This document shows positions 21,701 to 29,947 of a stretch of 64,000 bases of DNA, one piece after another (position 1 is the first letter of the stretch; every line of letters starts with the position of its first letter). The notes below the pieces were generated by a model. The model had not been told where the DNA came from. It saw only the letters and a program-made list of their open reading frames with translations, and ran no database searches. This DNA comes from an uncultured Candidatus Saccharibacteria bacterium. Lineage in GTDB: Bacteria; Patescibacteriota; Doudnabacteria; UBA920. The stretch spans positions 33,171 through 97,170 of the forward strand of contig CAZACP010000002.1 in the NCBI GenBank assembly GCA_964483665.1, read 5' to 3'. The translations under genes and the position numbers were made by a program.

Positions 21701-22527
21701 CAGAAGTTACTCATTTACAAAGTGGTATGTGGCCAGACGTAGCTCTGCTTTTGCGCTATCAAAAGTTGTTTGTTTCAGGCTACCTAAATATTCCTATGGT
21801 TCCACCCCCACATACTTGGACTGTAGTTTTACTTGTTTATTTAATTGGCCTTATAAGTGTAGCTAAAGACTTAGTAAAAAAAGAAGTTACTTACCAAAGC
21901 AAAATTATTTTTTTTAGTGGTATTTTAGGCCTTGGTTTGTTTGCTTACTACGAAGGGCAGTCGAGCGACATAACTTTGTTCCGTACTTCTTACCCTGCGC
22001 TTATAATTGTTATTATGTTTGTTGACAAGCTTTGGACAGAGCTTAAAGCCAAGGGACAATTAATTTTTGGTAAATTTGTAATTCTTAGTTTTTTGTTATT
22101 TGTCCTTTTTTCCGTACCGTTTAGTTTAATAGCTAACTTAGGTAGTTACTACGTTTTTGCTAAAGACGCTGTAAAGAATATTCAGCTTAAAGACTCTAGC
22201 TATTTAAGGAATGTAAAGTTTATAAAACAAAATACTCAACCAAACGAACGAGTTTTTATATTGGCCAGTCCGCAGCAAGGGGTTTACTACACAGAAAGCA
22301 AAACTTTGCCGGTAGTAACTGTGGCTTCGGTCGCGGATATAGTTTTTCCCAAAGACTTGGATGTCCAATATAATTTTTTACAGACCAATAAGGCCACAAA
22401 AGTTTTTGCATTAATGCCTTTGGAAAACTATGATAAATTTGACCCGCGGCTTAAAAAAATTATTATGGAGCAATACAAACAAGTTTTAAAGTCCGAAGAT
22501 GGAATGGTATACTTTTTACCCAAATAA
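18700..22527 (+). CDS. 1275-aa fusion: GT2 polyprenyl-phosphate sugar synthase (GtrB/DPM1-like) + GtrA-like 4-TM domain + large polytopic GT-C-like domain with a C-terminal soluble domain
   Basis: Residues 1-230: VVIPAYLEAENL...DADGSHDP. Around residues 245-370: FVRFCIVGTIGVITNLVVFYL (GtrA family). Residues 380-1275 carry more than 20 hydrophobic segments. Confidence 0.7.
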   Translation: MNEVEISVVIPAYLEAENLRLLLPRLKNILAKLSSSSEIVVADTLEPKDDTPVVCKEQGVVYLNRQGGNTYGDAVRTGIKNAKGKYIVFMDADGSHDPEFIEKLYAERTAHDVVIASRYVQGGNTDNTFISKLMSLTVNKLFALGLGLPYKDVSNSFKLYNAEQLKNLQLYCNNFDIIEEILYKLKKNKKNLLVKEIPFYFKKRIYGETKRELVKFIFSYARTMFRLRFGNSGNKMTRIPELYSKLKQSSFVRFCIVGTIGVITNLVVFYLTRHYLALSVSLAAVAAFLVAVTQNYYFNHKWTFSFDEQSKPNLFSFIKYAGVNLFSLAVNLIVTNLVLFFAGKGFSESLAQAFGILTGFVLTYVGSSVFIFAKKDNLSLLFKERFVMANRVEYLLKLKNNLFYFFKNEYKVFISFAILFLGLLYLGQVVSVIGNKTILQPVTIEAYNQADQNPESLERFMQLARAGNYTFLKPNLESKQPWTVENVFFKKVLVGMSEKDLKTLKVISVKIGNSDFAYTQDEFLDSWNSVDLNLLKGNLSGKEDVDFKLFESPEALSLPKSHIPVYKSFFGSIINWGGDSTLFLKPLKNALGAWVLVLFLTIFIRVVYLIVRNSSFLESHEQEELRKYIAFSLSIYTSVFCLLLLNIFLKLFYKPNTAGILSQAKLDYVNYFFKSIRPKPVERLQFVLSTVLSPFLVYFSYLWFEKKNFFSKALYKVLFFFNLFLFASVIYLGLAVSGFFFVRDSFFAGFYFRYVYALILFPLCFVFLYYKNPPKSVLLFLKLLGLLAVVTVFSLGIVNLFDGYLPLDLDPVIYPQIQVLSGKNLLAPVTSFYGLYAFFLQPIFKLIGFSVLKFSLVMSSLMLLSFWFLKKMLRRAVENTTIYLLGFLAIVFYTVLATRTMPEYYFQYWPIRFIFPALGFYLITWYLKNKSQLAYFFGILLSAIGVLWNLDVGLVLFIALMATLILDAWCGKQNIKDFFKKTFWHIVYGALGLILVVGFFAEVTHLQSGMWPDVALLLRYQKLFVSGYLNIPMVPPPHTWTVVLLVYLIGLISVAKDLVKKEVTYQSKIIFFSGILGLGLFAYYEGQSSDITLFRTSYPALIIVIMFVDKLWTELKAKGQLIFGKFVILSFLLFVLFSVPFSLIANLGSYYVFAKDAVKNIQLKDSSYLRNVKFIKQNTQPNERVFILASPQQGVYYTESKTLPVVTVASVADIVFPKDLDVQYNFLQTNKATKVFALMPLENYDKFDPRLKKIIMEQYKQVLKSEDGMVYFLPK

Positions 22528-22554
22528 CCAAAATTATTAATTGTAATAAATAGT

Positions 22555-22707
22555 ATGCACTATATTTGTACCGGCGGATGTAAAGGAGTTTCCGAAACTC
22601 CCGGCACTTGCCAAGCTAAAGACTGCCCTTTGTATGGTCACGAGCTTCAGCCTTGCGACTGCACAGACGGAAAACATTACGGTAAGCAAGACGAAAAAGC
22701 CGAATAA
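22555..22707 (+). CDS. Small Cys-rich protein (50 aa, 6 Cys), hypothetical
   Basis: Translation is MHYICTGGCKGVSETPGTCQAKDCPLYGHELQPCDCTDGKHYGKQDEKAE. It lies between the giant GT gene and its own terminator, and was not in the ORF track because it is shorter than 60 aa. Confidence 0.35.
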   Translation: MHYICTGGCKGVSETPGTCQAKDCPLYGHELQPCDCTDGKHYGKQDEKAE

Positions 22708-22720
22708 GCAAAACTCACTA

Positions 22721-22750
22721 AAAGCAAGGCCAAAAACCCTTGCTTTTTTG
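22721..22750 (+). terminator. Rho-independent terminator
   Basis: Hairpin gcaagg/ccttgc followed by a T-run. Confidence 0.55.
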
Positions 22751-22855
22751 TATGTTTTATGATATATTATAACGTCGCCCCAATTGCCATAAAGGGCGAA
22801 TTTGATGCGGCACTCGCATCATAGGTTTGGCAAAAAAGACCCCAGGAGGTGGGGA

Positions 22856-23608
22856 ATGGATTGGAAAGATAGACTGAAAAAGGAAAAATGGGTGGAGGGA
22901 AGGCTTATTTATTTTCACCCTTCCTCTTACCGCCACCGAGTGGTGGTGGTATGCTATGAACTTGGTCGTCAGAAAGCCGAGTTCTCAAATGGCACTCTCA
23001 ACTACGGTGCGTATGTTGAACTGTGTCGCCCGGATGGTACCTGGATCCGGGAAGGAGTCAACGTCGTGCCGGTTTTACCGGACGGCCGTATCGTTATGGT
23101 TGTTGAACAACGCCCCGCTCAATTTGCTTATGGAGACTGTCCTTCTCAGATTGAGACAGAAGGGCACAAGGCAATGGATTTGGAGAAATTTGGCCCCTAC
23201 AGCTCCTTGGAGTTTCCGGGAGGTGGTGTGGACGCGGATCAAAATTTCCATGCCGCTTTTCTTGCCGAACTAATCGGAGAAACAGGACTCGAAGATCAGA
23301 CCGCAACACTGATCACGCGGGAACCGTATTTCTATCCGGCGGGTGCGGACGTCGCTCTTCGTTCTAAGCAAGCTGTAATTTACCTGACTGGGATGAAGTT
23401 TGAAGGTTATGTGAACGATGACGGCGGTCTGCATGTCTTGGCATTGAGTCCTTATGACATTCTCCGTAATATCCGCACCGGTGCTTTGGCTTCGTCGCAG
23501 ACCGTGCTCTTGCCGTGGTATTTCTACCAGGAGTTACAAAATTCAGATACATCGGCTCTCGAAAAGACCGGGTACATCTCTCGTAAGGAGGTGAAGATCA
23601 AAAAGTAG
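22856..23608 (+). CDS. NUDIX hydrolase, carried on a GC-rich islet
   Basis: A strong RBS AGGAGGTGGGGA precedes the ATG. A Nudix-box-like region EFPGGGVDADQNFHAAFLAELIGETGL is present. GC content jumps well above the surroundings. Confidence 0.6.
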   Translation: MDWKDRLKKEKWVEGRLIYFHPSSYRHRVVVVCYELGRQKAEFSNGTLNYGAYVELCRPDGTWIREGVNVVPVLPDGRIVMVVEQRPAQFAYGDCPSQIETEGHKAMDLEKFGPYSSLEFPGGGVDADQNFHAAFLAELIGETGLEDQTATLITREPYFYPAGADVALRSKQAVIYLTGMKFEGYVNDDGGLHVLALSPYDILRNIRTGALASSQTVLLPWYFYQELQNSDTSALEKTGYISRKEVKIKK

Positions 23609-23641
23609 GAAAGTATGAGGAGGAAAGGAGACAAGTAGCAT

Positions 23642-23708
23642 AAAGCGCTGGAAGTACGTTAGTTGTGCCCGAGTCGACGGCGGCACAAAGGACAGACTTT
23701 CAGCGCTT
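23642..23708 (+). terminator. Long GC-rich hairpin, probable terminator of the NUDIX gene
   Basis: Arms aagcgctggaagt / actttcagcgctt, with an inner gtgcc/ggcac stem around a gtcgac palindrome. Confidence 0.45.
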
Positions 23709-23859
23709 CTTTCAATGGTGGAAATAGCTCTTTCTTTTTTGTTTATTTTCTGGTAATCTAAACCACAGATACGCAAATTATCATAAATCACACAGATTTA
23801 AAAAATCAAACAAATATCTGCGTTATCTGCTTTTATCTGTGTATCTGTGGACTAAAAAT

Positions 23860-25140
23860 ATGAGTTCAAAATACCCCTCGCATCACGATATAAAAACCGG
23901 TTACATAAACTATTGCCAAATTTGTAATTCCCAAAAACTCCATACTATTTTAGACTTAGGCCACCAGCCTTTATGCGACACTTTGCTTACCCAAAAATCT
24001 TTAAACGAACCGGAAAAAACTTATCCTTTAAGGATGATCTGGTGTGAAAATTGCACAGGCGTGCAAATTGACTATTGTGTAGACGGCAGCGAAGTTTATC
24101 ACCCGGACTATCCATACAAAAGCGGGGTGACTAAAGAATTGGTAGAGTACCAAGTTAAAATTGGCCAGGGGCTTATAAAAAAGTTTAATTTAAAAGAAGG
24201 TGACTTGGTTATAGATGTAGGTTCCAACGACGGCACGCTTTTAAGCGGCTTTAAAGGCACAGGCATAAAAACTGTTGGCATAGAGCCTACCAACATAGCA
24301 AAACTTGCAAACCTTGCAGGCATAGAAACTGTTCAGGCATTTTTTAATATAGAAACTTCAGAAAAAGTTAAAGAAAAATACGGACAAGCCAACGTAATAG
24401 TTACAACCAATACTTTTGCTCATATGCAAGGATTGGGTGAATTTATAATGGGCGCTTACAATTTGCTTAAAGATGGCGGGGTGTTTGTTTCTGAAACCCA
24501 TTATTTACTAGACGCGCTCCAAGGCGGACAGTTCGATACTATTTACCACGAGCATTTAAGAACTTATTCTTTGCATAGCTTAATAGCGTTGTTCGACCAA
24601 TATGACTTTACCGTGGTAGATGTAGAAAGAGGGGAACGTTATGGTGGCAATATTCGTGTTTATGCAGCGAAAGGTAAGGGTAAAGAAGTTAGCCAAGCGG
24701 TTACTGACTTGCTTAAAAAAGAAAAAGAAGCGGGTTTGGACAAAATCGAAACTTACACTAAATTTGCCGACCGAGTAAAGAAAGCGCGACTTGAATTTGT
24801 AGACTTTTTAATAAAAGCAAAAAAAGAAGGTAAGAGCATTGTTGGGAACTCTTGTCCGGGCAGGTCGAGCACTTTACTTAACTACTACGGTATAGATACA
24901 GAACTTTTGCCTTACTTAGCCGAGCAGCCACAGTCCCTAAAACTTGGAATGTATTTACCGGGTAAGCATATACCAGTGGTAAACAACCAACGCTTAATAG
25001 ACGAACAACCAAATTATGTAGTTTTGCTGGCTTGGCACTATGCCAAACCTATAATGCAGCAGCTAAAAGCGCGAGGGCTTAAATCGGACTTTATAATTCC
25101 TTTACCTGAATTTACAATTGTAAAAAATTCCGAAGTATAA
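23860..25140 (+). CDS. NDP-hexose C-methyltransferase (TylCIII/Methyltransf_13-14 family)
   Basis: The N-terminal zinc-ribbon CQICNSQ...LGHQPLCDTL...YPLRMIWCENCTGVQI is present, followed by a class-I SAM MTase region. The track starts at a GTG (23839); the first ATG is 23860. Confidence 0.65.
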   Translation: MSSKYPSHHDIKTGYINYCQICNSQKLHTILDLGHQPLCDTLLTQKSLNEPEKTYPLRMIWCENCTGVQIDYCVDGSEVYHPDYPYKSGVTKELVEYQVKIGQGLIKKFNLKEGDLVIDVGSNDGTLLSGFKGTGIKTVGIEPTNIAKLANLAGIETVQAFFNIETSEKVKEKYGQANVIVTTNTFAHMQGLGEFIMGAYNLLKDGGVFVSETHYLLDALQGGQFDTIYHEHLRTYSLHSLIALFDQYDFTVVDVERGERYGGNIRVYAAKGKGKEVSQAVTDLLKKEKEAGLDKIETYTKFADRVKKARLEFVDFLIKAKKEGKSIVGNSCPGRSSTLLNYYGIDTELLPYLAEQPQSLKLGMYLPGKHIPVVNNQRLIDEQPNYVVLLAWHYAKPIMQQLKARGLKSDFIIPLPEFTIVKNSEV

Positions 25141-25144
25141 AATT

Positions 25145-26143
25145 ATGCTTAAAGTGGGGATTATAGGAACCGGGTTTGGTATGTATGGGCATTTGCCGGC
25201 TTTCGCAACTACAAATAATTGCCAAGTAGTTAGCATATGTGGAGAAAAAAGTGAACGTCTTTCAAAGTTTTGTAAGAAGTATAAAGTTGAAAAAGTTTAT
25301 AGTGACTGGAAAGAGATGCTAAAAGCTGAAAAGCTAGACGCTGTAAGTATAGCCGTGGTGCCCGACGCACAATATGAAATTGCAAAGTTTGCTATAAAAA
25401 AAGGTATAAATGTTTTTGCTGAAAAACCTTTGACCGCAAATCTTAAACAAGCAGAAGAACTTTACAGGCTTTCACAAAAAGCTAAGATTACGACCGCGGT
25501 AGATTTTATTTTTCCTCAAGTACCAGAATTTAAAAAAGTTAAAGAATTACTTGTAAAAAAAGAAATAGGGGAACTAGAATATATAAAAGCCGAATGGGAT
25601 TTTTTAAGCCACGATTTGGCTCGTAAGCTAAAATCGTGGAAAACAGACTCAAAAAAAGGCGGAGGTGCGCTAGCTTACTATTTCTCACATGTTTTGTACT
25701 ACTTAACTGACTTTTTAGGAGAAATAACTTTTAAAAAAGCTCAGCTAATTCATTCCCAAAAAAGTTTAAGCGGCGGTGAAGCGGGTGTGGATGTATTTTT
25801 TAAGGCTAAAAAGGCTACAGGTATAGCGCATCTAAACTGTTCGGCAGAAGGCTTAAATAGGCACAGTATAATTTTTACCGGGGGAAAGGGGGGTATTGTT
25901 TTAGAAAATAAACAAGATGTAGTACAAGGTTTTGAAATTACAGTCTACAGGAATTCAAAAGTAAAAAAAGTTAAAGCCGGCAAAAAATTTATTGCAAACG
26001 AAGACCAGCGGGTAGCTATAGTTAAAGAAAATGTTTCCAAGTTTGTGGAAGGCTGTTTAAAACATAAGCCAATTAAGCCTTCTTTCAAAGAAGGCTTAGA
26101 AGTTCAAAAGTTAATTAGTCATTTACGAAAAATATCAATATGA
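25145..26143 (+). CDS. Gfo/Idh/MocA-family NAD(P)-dependent oxidoreductase
   Basis: The motif MLKVGIIGTGFGMYGHLPAF is present. Confidence 0.65.
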   Translation: MLKVGIIGTGFGMYGHLPAFATTNNCQVVSICGEKSERLSKFCKKYKVEKVYSDWKEMLKAEKLDAVSIAVVPDAQYEIAKFAIKKGINVFAEKPLTANLKQAEELYRLSQKAKITTAVDFIFPQVPEFKKVKELLVKKEIGELEYIKAEWDFLSHDLARKLKSWKTDSKKGGGALAYYFSHVLYYLTDFLGEITFKKAQLIHSQKSLSGGEAGVDVFFKAKKATGIAHLNCSAEGLNRHSIIFTGGKGGIVLENKQDVVQGFEITVYRNSKVKKVKAGKKFIANEDQRVAIVKENVSKFVEGCLKHKPIKPSFKEGLEVQKLISHLRKISI

Positions 26144-27357
26144 AAAAAGAAAAATATTTAAGAGTTCCCTATGGTTTTTCCGTACACGGTAAAGAAGAAA
26201 TTGCCGCGGTGGTAAAAGTTTTAGAAGGCAATACCGCAATGGGCGACTACACCAAAGAGTTTGAGGAAAAAGTCGCTAAAATGTTTGGTAAAAAATATGG
26301 CATAATGGTCAACTCCGGCAGCAGCGCCAACTTGCTGGCTTTTGAACTTTTAAATTTGCCTAAAGGTAGTGAAGTTATTACACCGATTCTTACTTTTTCC
26401 ACCACTGTGGCGCCAATTGTTCAGAAAGGCTTGGTACCGGTGTTTTGTGATGTAAAAAAACATACTTTGCAAATTAATATTGACCAGTTGGAAAAGGCTA
26501 TTACCAAAAAAACCCGCGCGCTTATGATTCCGTCTTTAATGGGCAATATACCAGATTTGCCAAGACTACAAAAAATTGCCAGAAAACATAAAGTATTTTT
26601 AATAGAAGATTCTTGTGATACTTTGGGAGGCCAGATAAACGGTCAGCCCACCGGCAAATTTAGCGATATTTCCATAACCAGTTTTTATGGTAGTCATGTT
26701 ATTAACGGGGCTGGGGGTGGTGGAATGATTATGGTTAACAATCCAAAGTGGGCTGAGCGTTTAATGATTTTGCGCGGGTGGGGCAGGCGTTCAAGTTTGT
26801 TTGGGGAAAAACAAAATAGTGAACAATTGAAAAATCGGTTTCGCAGCAAGCTTTCAGGTGTGCCTTACGATGAGAAATTTGTTTTTAGCGAAATTGGCTA
26901 CAATTTTTTGCCTTTGGAAATTTCTTCCGCGTTTGCACTGGAGCAGTTAAAAAAATTTCCAAGTTTTAAAGCTGTTAGAAAAAATAACTGGGAAAATTTG
27001 AAAAAGTATTTCTTTTTAAATAATAAATATTTTAATTACGGCGAGACAACCCCCAAAACAGAAAGTATTTGGCTTGCCTTCCCTATATTTATAAAGCCCG
27101 AAGCGCCTTTTAGTCGCTTTGAGCTTGTTAAATTTTTAGAAGACCATAATATTCAAACCAGACCTGTATTTACCGGTAATATACTCAAACAGCCGGGTTT
27201 TAAAAACTTTAAATATAAAACTCCTTTTACTGACTATCCGAATGCTGAATATATAATGCGAAATGCGTTCGTTGTCGGTTCTCATCACGGTCTGGATCAA
27301 AAGCAGATTAACCACATAAAAAACAGCATTAGTGATTTCATTGCTAAGTATGAATAA
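26140..27357 (+). CDS. DegT/DnrJ/EryC1 fold-type-I enzyme of the PMP-dependent sugar 3-dehydrase type (E1/DdhC or ColD-like)
   Basis: The family motif normally reads SFHxxK. Here it reads ITSFYGSHVIN, with His where the Schiff-base Lys sits, as in E1 and ColD dehydrases. Confidence 0.65.
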   Translation: MKKEKYLRVPYGFSVHGKEEIAAVVKVLEGNTAMGDYTKEFEEKVAKMFGKKYGIMVNSGSSANLLAFELLNLPKGSEVITPILTFSTTVAPIVQKGLVPVFCDVKKHTLQINIDQLEKAITKKTRALMIPSLMGNIPDLPRLQKIARKHKVFLIEDSCDTLGGQINGQPTGKFSDISITSFYGSHVINGAGGGGMIMVNNPKWAERLMILRGWGRRSSLFGEKQNSEQLKNRFRSKLSGVPYDEKFVFSEIGYNFLPLEISSAFALEQLKKFPSFKAVRKNNWENLKKYFFLNNKYFNYGETTPKTESIWLAFPIFIKPEAPFSRFELVKFLEDHNIQTRPVFTGNILKQPGFKNFKYKTPFTDYPNAEYIMRNAFVVGSHHGLDQKQINHIKNSISDFIAKYE

Positions 27358-28264
27358 TCCGCTTTTGAGCATCGCCATACCCACTTTTAACCGTAAAGAT
27401 TGTCTTAAAGAATGCTTGGAGAGCATACTTTCCCAGTTTTCTGATCAGAATATTAGTAATTTGGTAGAAGTGGTTATTTCAGACAACGCAAGCACTGACG
27501 GCACAGAGCAGATTATTGAGGAATATAAAAAAAAATATCAACAGATTACTTACAAAAAAAACCCGGTTAATTTTGGGGTCGACAAAAATATTTTGCAAGT
27601 CGCGGCAATGTCCGCGGGAAAATATGTTTGGTTTTTAGGGGATGATGACGCGCTTTTTTCTGATGCCCTTTTGACCGTTTTAAATATTTTAAAAACTGAA
27701 AAAGCCGACTATTTAATTGTAAATTGCTGGGGATACGATAAAAGTTTAACAGATAAAGCCGTAAATAAACCCAATATTTTAATTTCCGAGAACCAATACT
27801 ACGCAAGCCTTAAAGACTATGTTGTTAAAGCTCCTCATAATAATAGCTTAGTCGGCATGTTCTGCGGCTTGTCCATGCAAATTTTTTTAAAAGTCCCCTG
27901 GGAAAGATTGGCCAATAAGGATCGATTTATAGGGACTAACGCAGTACATATGCATTCGCTTATGTTGGCAATGAAAAACAGAAAGTTTGGGCTGATTGCC
28001 AAGCCTTGTGTAAAAGTTAGGGCGGACAACATTCGTTGGGAGGTTTTTGAAGGTTTGGAGAATGCAAAAAAGAGGGCATTGCTTACTCAGCAAGCGTTAG
28101 TATGGATTTTGAATGAATATTCAATCAGATATTCTAAGCTTAGACTGAGAATTATTTATTTGAACGGGATTATTTTTGACGAATTGCGACTAGTATTAAG
28201 AAAATATATTTTGACTAATCAAAAATCGAGGGATATGCTAAAAAAAATTTTAGGCAAATTATAA
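27350..28264 (+). CDS. Glycosyltransferase family 2
   Basis: The motif LLSIAIPTFNRKDCL...VVISDNASTDGT is present. Confidence 0.65.
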   Translation: MNNPLLSIAIPTFNRKDCLKECLESILSQFSDQNISNLVEVVISDNASTDGTEQIIEEYKKKYQQITYKKNPVNFGVDKNILQVAAMSAGKYVWFLGDDDALFSDALLTVLNILKTEKADYLIVNCWGYDKSLTDKAVNKPNILISENQYYASLKDYVVKAPHNNSLVGMFCGLSMQIFLKVPWERLANKDRFIGTNAVHMHSLMLAMKNRKFGLIAKPCVKVRADNIRWEVFEGLENAKKRALLTQQALVWILNEYSIRYSKLRLRIIYLNGIIFDELRLVLRKYILTNQKSRDMLKKILGKL

Positions 28265-29163
28265 TGCTGTATCTATATTCTGAAAATTTTTTTTTGATGG
28301 GCAAACTCAAAAAAGGCCTAAAATATTTATTAGGTGTTAGGAGTAGAGGACCTGAGGCAGTTTTTAAGTCTTTGACAAAAGGTCTTACTGAAGCCGGGGT
28401 TGATTTTGAGGTAAATAAAACTATAAAAAATCAAATTGAGACGGCCTGCGTTATAAGTGGCGTAAAAACATTAAGCTGGGCAATAGAACAAAAACGGCTG
28501 GGCAAAATAAATCACATAGTCGCAGGTCCAAATTTGGTTATTTCACCAGACGACAGCGGGGGGATTTTAAAGGATTCCTTAATAGATGCAATTGTGGTAC
28601 CAAGCCAGTGGGTTTTAGAACATTACGCTAAAGTTGAGCCTAGTATACTCAGCAAAATTAAAATTTGGACGGCAGGGGTAGGAATGCCTATAAAAGCCGA
28701 GGTGTCAAAAGACCTGGATTTTTTGGTATATAATAAAATCGGCAGAGTCGGGTTATTTAAAAATATTTGTGAAAAACTAAACAAAAAAGGATTTTCTTAT
28801 AAGGTTTTAGAGTACGGCAAATTTACTCAAAACGAGTACTTTAACCTTTTAGACAAAGCTAAGTACGAGATCTATTTGTCAGCTTCTGAAAGCCAAGGAC
28901 TTGCTATGTTTGAAGCCTGGGCTAGGGGGGTACCAACTTTCATTTGGGAGAACGGGCAATTTTCTAAAGACGGAGTAAAAATTACGGGTAAAATTAGCGC
29001 TCCTTATTTAACCGACCAATGTGGATTAAGTTTCCTTTCTGAAAAAGAATTTGAATCAAAGTTACAGGAGTTTCTTGAAAAGTCTTATATGCCAAGGGAA
29101 TATATAGAAGAAAATTATACAGATAAAATTTCTGCTTTAAAATATTTTAAAATAATGAATTAA
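28264..29163 (+). CDS. GT-B (GT4-like) glycosyltransferase, short N-domain
   Basis: The C-terminal motif LSASESQGLAMFEAWARGVPT follows the E-x7-E pattern. Confidence 0.45.
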   Translation: MLYLYSENFFLMGKLKKGLKYLLGVRSRGPEAVFKSLTKGLTEAGVDFEVNKTIKNQIETACVISGVKTLSWAIEQKRLGKINHIVAGPNLVISPDDSGGILKDSLIDAIVVPSQWVLEHYAKVEPSILSKIKIWTAGVGMPIKAEVSKDLDFLVYNKIGRVGLFKNICEKLNKKGFSYKVLEYGKFTQNEYFNLLDKAKYEIYLSASESQGLAMFEAWARGVPTFIWENGQFSKDGVKITGKISAPYLTDQCGLSFLSEKEFESKLQEFLEKSYMPREYIEENYTDKISALKYFKIMN

Positions 29164-29319
29164 ATAAACATTATGAGAGAGTATGGTATAAATCCTGAAG
29201 AAGTGGAAAAAATAAAAAGCCATATCAAGCAATTGTGGTAATGCCGTATAGTTCTGGTGAGTATGTATGGGGCAGGAGGTCGAAAATAAGTCCTAACTTA
29301 TGAGTCAAAATTATCTGCG

Positions 29320-29682
29320 TTGGCCGCGTATCAAGCCTTTAAGGAAGGAAAAGCTGATAAAATAATTCTTACGGGAGAAAGCACTGTCGGGGCACCTGAA
29401 TATTCAACTACAGATTTTTTAAAAGAGTTTCTTGTTTCTAAGGGGGTGCCGGGTTCTTCGATTGAGGTATATAGCAATCTGCAAAACTCAGCGGAACAGT
29501 TGCAGAAGATTAAGGAGGTTCAAGGGCAAAATGATAAATTTTTAATTATATCTTTAGGCTTTCATACAAAAAGGGTCAAGGTGATATCAGATAGCGAAGA
29601 GATACAAGCTGAGCATCAAGTAGCTGAAGATTTACTTAAAAAACGCAATAAGAAATATGAAGGAATAATGCAATTGGAATAA
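29320..29682 (+). pseudogene. DUF218/YdcF-like domain fragment (TTG start, N-terminally truncated); probable gene remnant
   Basis: AAYQAFKEGKADKIILTGES resembles the central DUF218 motif. Only 120 aa remain. Upstream at 29174-29300 there are short out-of-frame ORFs. Confidence 0.3.
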
Positions 29683-29947
29683 ATCCAAGGGATTAAAATC
29701 AGCAAGAAAATTAGAGGCAATACTAACACCTCTAAGCAGATATGAACTAGCACGCAAATTCTTAAATTTAATAACGGCTCTAAAAGGTACTCGTAAGCCT
29801 TTAACTGCCGGAGAGTTTCCACGAAAGCCTAAAAAAGGTATAAACACATAACTCTTAAAAAAACTTTTTTGCGTAATATTCTAATTTATTGTAATGGCTT
29901 ACTTGCCTTAAAGTTAGTGCGGGCTAAGAAAAATCAGCAAAATATAA

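Noticed and set aside
21297-21866. Two plus-strand ORFs (63 and 72 aa) inside the 1275-aa gene in other frames
   Set aside because: They overlap a continuous, domain-coherent long ORF and are alternative-frame artefacts.
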